In this document: piece by piece, positions 10,850 to 22,338 of the stretch
Numbering within the stretch: position 1 is the stretch's first letter
Layout of the letters: the number at the start of each line of letters is the position of its first letter
Origin: Phoronis australis
Lineage: Eukaryota; Animalia; Phoronida
NCBI GenBank assembly: GCA_002633005.1
Contig: NMRA01000262.1
Location: 161,208 to 225,207, forward strand
Reading direction: 5' to 3'
Length of the DNA: 64,000 nt
Notes under the pieces: model-generated
The model's input: the letters and a program-made list of their open reading frames with translations, nothing else
Databases searched by the model: none
Told to the model about the DNA's origin: nothing
Made by a program: the position numbers and the translations under genes

Positions 10850-11744
10850 TTTTAAATGTCCATATATTTTTATATGTGGGCACATTATGCCACCATCTTT
10901 GTCCGTCCATCCGGCATGTGCTGTTGTATTTCCAAAACCCCTTGATCTGTGTTGATGAAATTTTACAGATATGGTCCTATCATGGCTGAAACGGCATGAG
11001 CAAATTGACGGACGAATCCGAGAACTGTTGTGCAATTTTAATTTTGTTTACTTTTGCCTTTGCTGTTCGTTAATGGATTCTCATGAAACTTGGCAAATAG
11101 ACATCTATTAGGGAGATGATGCCACCTTCATGTTTGCAAATGGATTCAACGTATTTTGCAGCAGCTAGTACCCATTGTTACTGTTTTCAAGTGTTTTTGA
11201 AAATTTGTGATTGTGTTCTTACTGGGAAGAGCATGGTTGACGATTTTTAGACAGTTTGGACTACTGTGGCATCCCCTAGTGGCAGTTTGTGTTTTCACAT
11301 CTACAGCTATTTCTTCTTGTAGGTTCATTGATAAATTTGGCAAGTGTATTTCTATGAAGGTACAAAAGGTGACAATGTTAGATGTACCTGACTACCACTG
11401 TGCCCGCTTATTTTAATATTTTTACGATCTTGGCAGGTATACCATTGAGGAGAGCATTACTAACATGCTTAGCAATTTCTAGAGGCTATTTTATGTTTAC
11501 TGGCATTGCTGCATTTTGTGGTCGACAATAAATGATACCCACAACATGAACTACAATAACTTTAATAACTCTTAGAGATTTTAAAAACGTCTGATGTGTC
11601 GTGAAACAGAGAGAGATTTTATCAGCAAATATGCAAATTATACTGGCGCGGAATGCTTCAAATAATAATCATCCCTTGTATCTGCGCCATATGCAATGCA
11701 TACGCCTGTATGGGCACATAGCAACGCTCCACGTTGCTCTTGTT
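10850..11744 (+). mobile_element. HINE/DINE-1-like non-autonomous Helentron, family 1, copy A
   Basis: 5' subterminal IR (ATATGTGGGCACAT), GTCC microsatellite, internal repeats, 3' TGGGCACAT + GCAACG..CGTTGC palindrome + CTTGTT. Confidence 0.75.
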
Positions 11745-11850
11745 TTATGTCTAATTATTTGCGTCAAGTACTCGACCTAGATGTATGATAAAGGCCGTCA
11801 TATAATACATGTTAAATGGCTGACATAAAGTTGCATTGCTTTCCTTCCAG

Positions 11851-11947
11851 CTTCAGATGTTGGCTTGGCTGTGGGAGCAGCGTTGGGCGCAGTATTTGTT
11901 GTTGCTGTTATCGTCTTGCTCATTGTCTTCAGAAAGGAGATTTACAG
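11851..11947 (+). CDS. transmembrane exon of single-pass receptor (SDVGLAVGAALGAVFVVAVIVLLIVFRKEIYR)
   Basis: ttccttccAG acceptor (phase 1), hydrophobic run followed by RK stop-transfer, AG|GTATG donor (phase 2) compatible with the exon at 19604. Confidence 0.85.
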
Positions 11948-12604
11948 GTATGAATTGTATTACAGACTTTACAGTGTGTATTCTTTTGTCACAAGATGTC
12001 ATTTGTTTTTCCAATTTTGGTCCTTAAGGGGACTTGAATTATTTTATGTTCATCGCTGATTTATAGTCAAGAGTCCAGGGTTAATGGACTTTTCTAAATG
12101 TATTCTTTGACTTATATTGACACTTGCATACTTCATCCTATAAATGGTTGCCATTGATGCCTAAAATCTATGATGATGAACCAAAACTGTGTACTTAAAT
12201 ATTGTATTCATGTATGTGCAGTTTATGTAACTAACTCTCCTAATCTCATCTGTTGTCACTCCTCTCACAGCACTTTAATTAGTCTCCACTTATTCTGCTC
12301 AAAAATAATTACTAAATGTTATTTTCCATTTTGTTTTAAAAGCTGATAACCTTTCTGGAAATAAAAGAAACTTTATCAAATATTAGGTTAAGCAAAATCA
12401 ACTTACTCAGAGACTGAAGATTTAAGAGTTCGAAAGTTTTGGATTGTATTCTAGTGTCCTTTATCAATGAAAGGTGAAGGGACATCCTGGTTTCCCGCCA
12501 TTCTGTTCTCTGGAAGTAGTATGATATAAGAGATAGGTGGAAGCTGCAATCCCTGATCTCGATCCATACCTTCACCGAGACTAGGAAAAACCTTTCTTCA
12601 ATCT

Positions 12605-13824
12605 TTTTATGCATATTTATATGTGGACGCATTATGCCGTCATCTCCGTCCGTACGGGCGGCGTCCGTCCGGCGTCTGGCGTCCGGCGTCCGCTGCTCCA
12701 AAACCCTTTGACATATGTTCATGAAATTTGGCACATATGTTCCACTCATGAATGGGACGGCATGTGCGAACTTTCGGACGGATCCGACTACCGGTGTGCC
12801 CCCTAGTGGCAATTTTAGTTTTTTACGCTTACCTTTGTATCTTCAAAAGTCCTGAACGGATTTTCATGAAATTTGGTATGTAGGCACTTATTAGTGAGAT
12901 GACGCCATCCTCCCGTTTTCAGATGGAATCGACATAGTTTGCGCCACCTAGTGGCCATTTTTAGTGTTTTCGAGTGTGTTTTTGTGCGTCAACCCCTCTA
13001 TCAACCAAACCGCTCAAAGGATGATTGTGAAAATTGGCATGTATATGATTACTATGTAGAAGACGGTTGACGATGATTTTCCGACGATTTCGACTACTGT
13101 GGCGCCTCCTAGTGGCAGTTATGTTTTTTTTCGCCTGTGGCTGTATCTCCTAAATCGTTCGCAGGATTTTTACAAAATTGTGTAAGTATATATATATGAT
13201 GTTAACAACAGAACATGACGACTTTCGGACGGATTTGACTACCGGTGTGCCCCCTAGTGGCAATTTTAGTTTTTTTACGCTTACCTTTGTATCTTCAAAA
13301 GTCCTGAACGGATTTTCATGAAATTTGGTTTGTAGGTACCTATTGGTGAGATGACGCTATCCTCCCGTTTTCAGATGGATTCGACATAGTTTGCGCCACC
13401 TAGTGGCCATTTTTAGTGTTTTCGAGTCTGTTTTTGTGCGTCCACCCCTCTATCAACCAAACCGCTCAAAGGATGATTGTGAAAATTGGCATGTATATGC
13501 TTACTATGTAGAGGATGGTTGACGATGATTTTCCGACGATTTCGACTACTGTNTTTTTTTTTTTTTTTTGCACCTATGGCTGTATCTCCTAAACCGTTCG
13601 CAGGATCTTTACGAAATTTAATAAGTGTAATTATATGATGTTAACAACAGACGATGACCTAGCCTATTGAGGAGACAATGACCATGCCTTTCCATTTTGC
13701 AAAGTACAACAAACTACATATATGTCCTCTACTGGCCACTTTATGGTACCAATAAACAACCCTAGAAGGATACCGTATACGGTGCAATTGTGGGCGCATT
13801 TCAACGCTCTGCGTTGCTCTTGTT
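12605..13824 (+). mobile_element. HINE family 1, copy B (best preserved; ~450-bp higher-order repeat of three ~150-bp subunits)
   Basis: ATATGTGGACGCATTATGCCGTC..(GTCC)n start; block at 12771 repeated at 13222; end GTGGGCGCATTTCAACGCTCTGCGTTGCTCTTGTT. Confidence 0.85.
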
Positions 13825-13990
13825 CAAATTTTGTTTCATGAAATCTACACAGTACAAACCATATTAATAGTGAACTAAAATTTTCTTCATCTTTATTTCA
13901 TGTGTCATCCATATTGTGTGCTAAATTAGTGATGAACTACTGTACATTGCTGAATGGGAATGTTGTTGTCAGCAATGCAAGTCATTGAAA

Positions 13991-14387
13991 CTGGGCTTGG
14001 AATTTTCCGCGGAAACGCGGATTTCCGCTTTTTTCAAATGTTCTGTCCGCGCATTTTATTATATTTCCGCGTAAAAAAAATCGGATTAGATATAAAATTT
14101 CTGCGGCAAATTCCTTTCTTACCGCGGCATTGCAGACGACGTTCACCTCGAAAAGCGAAGTTGCTCTTTATGTTTCGGAGGAACGTGAATTGTCAACATT
14201 GCAGGGGCATGTGGGATAGCGTGGTGGGATTTTCAATGGCATTGCTACTGATGGCGGTTACGTTTTTTTTGTCCTCCCGATTTTTGTCGGGGAAAAGTTC
14301 ACATGGACCATTTCAAGGCTGGGTAGCGCGCATGATTTGGGCCGTAAAAGTTTCCGCGTTTTTTGTCATTGGTCATTCCAAGCCCTG
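13991..14387. mobile_element. hAT-like MITE with 6-bp TSD
   Basis: TIRs C(T/A)GGGCTTGGAAT / ATTCCAAGCCCTG, subterminal TTCCGC repeats, TTGAAA on both sides (13985-13990, 14388-14393). Confidence 0.75.
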
Positions 14388-15018
14388 TTGAAAGAGTGCC
14401 ACCTCTTTTTTTATGGCAACATTTCCTTCAGGAAAAATGATATTTCCGAAGAATCCGTGGGGGCAAAAATCGTCAGCAGAAATAAATGTTGAATGCAGAG
14501 CATAACTGCATACATTGTACATAAATATTGAATACAGAGCATAACTGCTTGCATTATACATAAATGGGTTGAGAAAGTTTGCTACACTGCTGATTTCGTT
14601 CCTGTGCAAAGAAAACTGGTTTGATTTGAATCTCTAGTAGATAATGGTTGTGTCTCTTTCCATGAAACTAGAACAAGGAACAAATGTTGCTTAGTAAATG
14701 AAACACTGATATGGGATATCAAATAGCACTTGTAAGTGTATATAGTTGAGTAGATGAGATATCATGTTCATAGTCACCAGTCTCAAACTATGAAGTTATG
14801 TTGAGTACTTCCTCTTTCCATGAACAACAGTTGATGAAGAAGTCATGTGGTTGACATAGATTTTGATCATATATTCACCTTTCCCTTTATACATCATGCT
14901 GGTTCTTGTACATTTGTGAATAAGGATTGCACCTTGAAACATGTCAGCAATATGAAGCTGAGCACTAATTGGCTTTTTACTTGGCTTTTTACTTTACGTT
15001 GCTCTTCCATCAAGTTTG

Positions 15019-18000
15019 TTATTTGGCAGAATTCCGAAAATACCGCCAAGTATGTTGGTCTGACATCAAGTTTTTTTTGTTGTGTTTGTTCACTCTCTAC
15101 AGGTCACAATTTTCATCCGATTTTCTCGAAATTTGCACACAACGTCCTGTTTTCGTGTAATTTCGCCAAGTGTCGCTCCTCCGAGTGCTCTCGCACTGTT
15201 GCCAGTTTACCGGGTGCGTGAATAAGACTGCAGAGTATTTCTTTCTGATTTGTTGGCTAGTCACATGAAAGTCATCATGTTGTTCATAATCTCCGCCTTC
15301 ATCGTCGTCGTAGTCGTCCTCCCCATCGTCCTGTTTTCGTGTAATTTCGCCAAGTGTTGCTCCTCCGAGCGCTNTGTGTTTGTTCACTCTCTACAGGTCA
15401 CAATTTTCATCCGATTTTCTCGAAATTTGCACACAACGTCCTGTTTTCGTGTAATTTCGCCAAGTGTTGCTCCTCCGAGCGCTCTCGCACTGTTGCCAGT
15501 TTACCGGGTGCGTGAACAAGACTGCAGGCTATTTCTTATTGATTTGTTTGCTAGTCACATAAATGGTATCGTGTTGTTCATAATCTCCGCCTTCATCGTC
15601 ATGATCGTCGTCGTCGTCCTCCCCATCGTCCTGTTTTCGCGTAATTTTGCCAAGAGTCGCTCCTCCGAGCACTCTCGTTTTTTTTGTTTGTTTGCACGAT
15701 ACAAGTTGCAATTTTCGTCAGATCGTCACGAAATTTACACATAACACGTAGCTGTGGAAGTACTGGAAGCCTATCGTTTTTTGTCATAATGGGATCCAAG
15801 ATGGCGGCTGTGGTGGCCATTTTGTTTTCATTTTAAGATTCAAATGCTTCTGGAGGGTACAATTTTTACGTACAAAGCTGAAAATCGGCGCAATCATTGA
15901 ACAGGACGTGCGCTGCATGTATACTGTAAATTACTTATTTCTGGTTAAAGAAGGCGGAAATATCGGCACTTGCGCATGTGCACCTCGATTTCAGGAACAA
16001 AAACGTTTTCTACTGTAGAGGGTGCATTATAGGACCAATTGCTTCGACATTTTTCAGGTATTAGTTTCTTGTGACATGCTTATTATTCAGAATTGAAAAA
16101 CCGGAAGTTGCTTTCAAGATGGCGGATCTAGCGCATGTTGACCCATTTTCAGTCGTGCTGGAGTGCCATTTTAAACGGGAAGAGAAAAAAACCTGATTTT
16201 TTGCATGTGGATTCTCTGAGGTATACTCTTTCAAATGACCAACAATTTTTTTCTCAGACTTGCCGTTTTCGAGTTATTTGACTTAGAATTTCAAAAAAAT
16301 GCAAAATTTGATTTTTTTCAAAAAATTTATGGAATTAGGCAATACCACTAGTTTAGATAGAGTTTTGAACAGGCTTTCAGAAGATGTTTTCCATTTTTTG
16401 CTAGGACGTTTACTTTTCGAATTATTCGAGATTTTCTGATAGGGCTGTTCCTTTGTTGAACGCTCTTGCTGCATTGATGTTGGTTTAGCTTCTAGAGTGT
16501 AGCCTATTTCTTGCTAATTTATGATATCTAAATGCTTCGTATGAATGTTATGATGTTGTTCAGCATATGATCACCATCGTCATCATATTTGTCATCTTCG
16601 TCATCATCTCCGTCGTCGTCTTTTCAGTTAATTTCGCCAAGTATCGTTCAAGACTGTAGCCTATACTTCTGATGTCTGGCCTCTACGTTCGTCTTGTGAA
16701 TGTTTTCATTACTTGAATTGTTCATCATCGCCACCATCATGGTCATATTCATCATCTTCGTCATCATCTCTATCGTCGTCTTTTCTGTTAATTTCGCCAA
16801 GTGTTGCTCCTGGGAGCGCTTTCATTTTTTTGTTTGTTCGCACGATACAGGTCGCAATTTTCGTCACACAAGTTGTACATCTATGAGTACAGGAACCCTA
16901 TTGTTTTTTGACATAAATGGATCCAAGATGGCGGATATAGCGGCCATTTTGTTTCCAATTTCAGATTCAATTGCTCATAGAAGCCGTACAGGGCTGAAAA
17001 TCGGTAGAAATATTGAACTATCCAGGTATTACAAATCCACAAGAAATTATTCAGTTCCTATCAAAGATGGCGGAAATATCAGCCATGGCGCATGCGCACT
17101 TCGATTTTATTCAAAAAACGTTTTCTCCAGTAGAGGGCGCATTATTGCACCAATTTCTTCGAAATTTTTCACGTATTTTTTACTACTAGCTATTATTCTA
17201 TTTAAAAAACCAAAAGTTGTTTCCAAGATGGCAGATCTGGCGCATGTTGACCCATTTTTAGTCGTGCTGGCGTGCCATTTTAAACGGGAAGAGAAAATGA
17301 CTTGAATTTTTGCATGTGGATTCTCTGAGGCATACTCTTTCAAATGGCCTGTAACAATTTTTTTTTCAGACGTACCGTTTTTGAATTATTTTACTTTGAA
17401 TTAAAAAAAATGCAAAATTTCATTTTTTCGAAAAATTTACGGAAAGTTGAGAAACCATCAATTTAGATAGAGTTTTGAACGGGCTTTCAGAATATGCTTT
17501 CCATTTTTCGCTAGGACGTTTACTTTTTTAATTACCGTATTCACCGTAATCGCCCATGCCCCTATATGCACCCCCCCACACGTTTTCAGACTTGCTGAAA
17601 TAAGCACCCAGTCTATGAACGTGTACATGCGAGCAATAACGTACCTACAGTCCTAAAACTCGGTTACAGTAACCTCTTCAGTTTATCAAAAAAAATTTTG
17701 CACGGGTCTTCTAGACCACCAGTGGCACTGCTACGTTTGCATTTAGCCGTGACTATACACTTGAAAGTAACGCAGCGCTTCAAAAAGAACGCAACGGCAT
17801 TGCTACTCTCGTGACGACCGTGTCCCACTATGGTCTGACCTTTCAGTAAAGACACATCGACTGTCTCATGAATAAAAATAACTCGGTGTTAAACACACGT
17901 GGCCAGGAAGCGCGCGCTACATAAATCACATATATGAACCTGTCATCAAAGACATTAGTCAGTAACTATCCATTCATGAAACGGGTAGCATAGCATCGGT

Positions 18001-19225
18001 AAGAAATGAATATTGGCACTAATTTCCGACAATTTCTTATACTATAAAACATGTTTGCATTATTTTTGAGATGGATTGTTTGATTAACCATAATTGGTGT
18101 TTTTAAGCCGAATATCTGATAGAATGACAACTGACAATGAATGCTTACACACCCTTACACCAAAAAATAACTGTCAGATAGTTATGTACGCATCCAGCTA
18201 TACGGCGACTAATGTGGGCCTTACCGAGACAAAAGTCTAACGTTTTTAGCACGAGACCGGCAAGTGCTGAATGAAACACGCTCTGGTTTAGGCCTACTGC
18301 TTGTGCAAATTTCTTTAGACACATTGCACATCTAGATCGTTAGATTGCGTGACTCTGGCCAAAAGACGGTCTCTGCTTTGGCAAATGAACTCTGGTGACA
18401 CGCATGCGCTCGCTCACTCACAAACACAGACAAACTTCAAAACAAACGTCACGTGACAACAATGTGTGTTCGTCCAGACATTTTTCTCGTCGTGTTGCCG
18501 ATCATACATGTAGATGGCACGATGTTGCACAGATTTGTACTTAAACCTGCCGTCAATCCAGACGCCACGGGAAATTAAAATAAAATCTTAGGGACGCTTC
18601 TTAGAAAACTTAATGAGGATTTCAGGTAATTTGCTTGAGTCAAAACTATTTTTATTAAAGCATATCGAAGTCGGCGATTTCAAGGCAGTCAGTCGGCGAG
18701 TTTTCGCCCTTGGATTTTAGTACAATTTTCTGTAAAATGATCGTAATTTAGCAGCAATGTTTGATAGCAATGCACCACAGTTTTGTTGAAAGTCTTTCAT
18801 AGATTACATATACGTCTCAGAGCGTAAATTTGATGAATCTTAGTTTCCGATTTCACCCGTTTCGGAGACCGGGGTTCAACCGCCTTAGGTTATAATAAGC
18901 GCCCCCCTTGAACCGAACTTTTCTAAGTGCCCTGGGCGGTTATTACGGCGAATACAGTATTCGTAATTTTCTGATAGCGCTGTTCCTTTGTTTAGCGGTC
19001 TTGCTGCTTTGATGTTGGTTAAGCTTCTATTGAACAAGACTGTAGCCTTTTTGTTACTGATTTATGACATCTAAGTTCGTCATATGAATGTTATGATGTT
19101 GTTCATCTTCATCACCATCGTCATCATATTTGTTATTATAAGTTTGACTGTGCTTCCACTCCAAGTTGGAGTGAGTGTCCACTCCAAGTTTCCAAGTTTG
19201 GGCAACAGGGAGTTGCATTTATTTT
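15019..19225 (+). mobile_element. HINE/DINE-like element, family 2, with ~1.1-kb internal duplication and nested MITE
   Basis: 5' TTGGC..GCCAAG inverted repeat; repeated AATTTCGCCAAGTG / CATCGTC / CAAGATGGCGG blocks (15797 vs 16924, 16115 vs 17224); 3' CCAAGT + GCAAC..GTTGC hairpin in a T-rich site. Confidence 0.6.
17535..18957. mobile_element. Tc1/mariner-type non-autonomous DNA transposon, copy 1
   Basis: TIRs CCGTATTCACCGTAAT / ATTACGGCGAATACAG, TA TSD; inverted homolog at 59034-60429. Confidence 0.85.
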
Positions 19226-19603
19226 GAGTTGAATGCTTGTGAGTTCAGTGACACCCAATGTCTGCACTATAAGCATTTATGAAGATATTACCGTATTTTA
19301 AGAAACTAAAAGTTCCCATTGTATGAATGAAGGTTGGTCTTGTAATCAAATATGGACATTAAAAAATGAAAATACCGAAAAGTAGGGAATGGGCATTAGA
19401 CAGTCGAACATTAGCTTTACCTACCAAGCAAGATGTCACTGTGTCCACACAAATGAACATCTGTCTGTTTTATTTTAGTTTCTACAGGCATTTTAGTTAT
19501 CAGTGGTGGTGCTCAGTTAAAACAGCTGTGGCTTGTATTTTCAGTTTCTGTATCCCTTAATTTGTCTTCACAATCTGACAAGTGTTGGTTTGCTTGTTCC
19601 CAG

Positions 19604-20150
19604 GAAATTGTGTGGTGCACCTATATCGCGACCAAAGTCAGCAATTTCTGAAGCCGAGCTTGAAGACAATCCACTGTACGAACAAGAACTTGAGGCTAGC
19701 AATGGCTGTAAAAGCCACAAACAGGACTCCCCCTATGAGAACATAGGCAAGTCCAAATCCAGCTGCAAGAACAGTGGTAAGACGTACGAGGAAATTGCCG
19801 ATGGTGGGAGATTGGGTCATGAACAAATCAGAAAGAGTCAGGAAGGAATTCTGGGACATTTTTATGATGAGATTCCTGGTGAAAAAAAGAAAACAAATCA
19901 AACTCCTGCCGCTTCATGCGGGGACTTATCATCAGTCATAGAACAATTTTATGCTGCTGTGGGTGATGACAATGAACAATCCGTCCCTGCGCCACCTGTT
20001 GTTTTAGATGATAAAGAGACTAGTGATGGTAATGATAATGATGATGATGATGATGATGAACCAGTGGAATATGCTGTGGTGGACCTGGAGAGAAAGAGAC
20101 AGGAGAGAGAAAGAAAGAAAACCGATGTTTGTGAGAATCCCAAGGCATAG
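19604..20150 (+). CDS. terminal exon: cytoplasmic tail with multiple tyrosine signalling motifs
   Basis: ttgttcccAG acceptor completes AG|G Arg from the TM exon; NPLY, PYENI, TYEEI, FYDEI, FYAAV, VEYAVV; stop TAG at 20148-20150. Confidence 0.85.
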
Positions 20151-22338
20151 ATACATGCAAGTAAGGACTTTTTATCCTCAAAATCTCATCAAAGTTGTCA
20201 GTTTGGTTGAATGCTGCACCAAAATGTCAGTATTAAAGCTAAATAGCTTCAGTTTGTCTACAAACAAATGTTAGTACTAGTTACATGAGGTTACCCTTAG
20301 TAAGTTTAGTGAGACATTTAAGTGATGAAATATTTTTACCATTTTTGCCTGCTACTCATATTTCACCAAAGACTTTTCAAAGTGGAAGTGTCACAAATCA
20401 GTGCATTTTTACTTTGAATTAAAATACGGTCGGTGTATTGCTAATCATGTCAGCGATTATACTGAAACATTAGTTAGGGCGAGTCGATGTACAAGTTCAC
20501 ACCTCACGAGCCAATTTTATCAAAGATTGGATTTCTAGATGTAACTGAAATCATCGCGTGGATGAAGATAATAGTCAAAACTGCATTGGGGTATGCTTGG
20601 TCTACTTTGTTGCTAGTGAGGAGTTTTTGTATGAATATTGACTTGCCTGCATATATTATAAATGTGTATTCTGTAATCTGTCTCAGCTTAAATAATTGTT
20701 CCTTTATGTTTTTGCTCAGCTTGTGTTTTGTTGTATTTTTTCATGGACATTTGATGTCTTGTATTTTGAAAAAAGTCTTCAAAATCCTTCCAACATTTTG
20801 TTGGGGGAGTCACTGGTTTGCATGTACTGGTTGGGTGAGGGTGTCACTTTTTATTTTTCAAAAGTTCAAGTTATTGCAGCAGTCAAGTTTCACCAATCTA
20901 GAACACCACATGGTGAACAGGTGAAATTTTATTTCCTCATTTTTGTCAAAAGATCTGTAGCACCAAGTGCTTATTCACCTTGTTTAAGTTCTGTACCATA
21001 ACTCCAGTTGCACAAAGATTTGAAAAATCACAATTATTAGCAATTTTGTTAGAAGAGCTTGAATGAAAAAGGACAATTTTGGCAATTGTTTTTTAACCAA
21101 ATTTGTGAGATTGTGGGAAAATAGTCGTTGACAGACTTGCACCACTGTCCACTGATTGTTCTTGTTCCCTAGGCTGCATTGTGTTTATTCTCACACATTG
21201 TGTTCATTCTCACACATTTTTGAAATCAACCATCAATCTCAAAAGTTATGTGACCCGGAGATGTAGTGTTTTAGTTGTTGTGGAGAAATGAATTTGCTGT
21301 ACAAACCTGTGTGTCCAACCCTGCATGGTTATTAACCATGTTCTCAACTTTCTTCACAGACTGCTCTTCCAAAGCAACAGTAAAATTAGTCGGATTATTT
21401 GAAAAACAGTTTCCAACAGATATAGTGGTGAATTAGTAAATGAATGAATCAAGGCATTGAGATCATATAAGCAAGAATTGTTAGTCTTCATCTATGGAGT
21501 GGGTATTAAGACTTTTAAAAACACTTAGTTATAAGTATATGAATGTTTAATTTAGTTATGTGTAGCGCTGTGATATACGCAAAATAGCTTGTTGCTGACT
21601 AAAAACAGCAGCTTTGCCATTACTGTGATTTTCTATTTGCTACCAACAAAATGTGTGTCTCTGAAATTCCACAGACAATAGTCACATGGGTCCTGCATTT
21701 TGAGAACCAGTTTATTGTCTGTTTTTCAGTGGAGAAAACGGGTTCTCAAAATGCAAGTCCCTGTAAGGGACTATTACTATTTGGAGCATTACCCCCAATG
21801 TAGTAAGCCTTGAAATTTTACTACTATTTTGTTCAGACTGTAGAATTTTTACTGTTCTCTGTACAAGAATAGCAATCATCCTATACTGTACTGCAGTTGT
21901 TGAGATATTTGGAAATGACCAGTTAGTCATTAAGAATGAAAAATGACTTATCATGACTTATCACGGAGAAAGGGTCTTTAGACCTTTTAGCATGTTACTC
22001 TTTCTTTATCTTTCTCTGATGTATACTTACTATTCCTATTGTTATAAACTGGGACCAAAATAGATCCATTTGTTGATTATTTTGAGAGAAAGAATCCAAA
22101 TGGTATTTTTTTATTATTTTGTTTGAATTCTGATTTAGTAAAGTGAAGATATCTTTTTTAACTTGCATTAAAGTGCTGAGTTTTTTAGCTATTTTTTAGT
22201 TTCATATGTTAAGTTAAATCTTTTTGTGCTTCTGTGACCTCTGTTAGCAAATGTATTTACATAAGGCAGATCTGTATCTGAAAATATATCTGGGACTGAC
22301 ACCTGTTTTATAAAAGATCCAAATCTGATCATAGGCAG

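Noticed and set aside
15097-17343. Hydrophobic or acidic ORFs (e.g. 16700-17305, 15250-15744)
   Set aside because: Translations of CATCGTC-type microsatellite within the HINE-like repeat; not conserved in frame between internal copies
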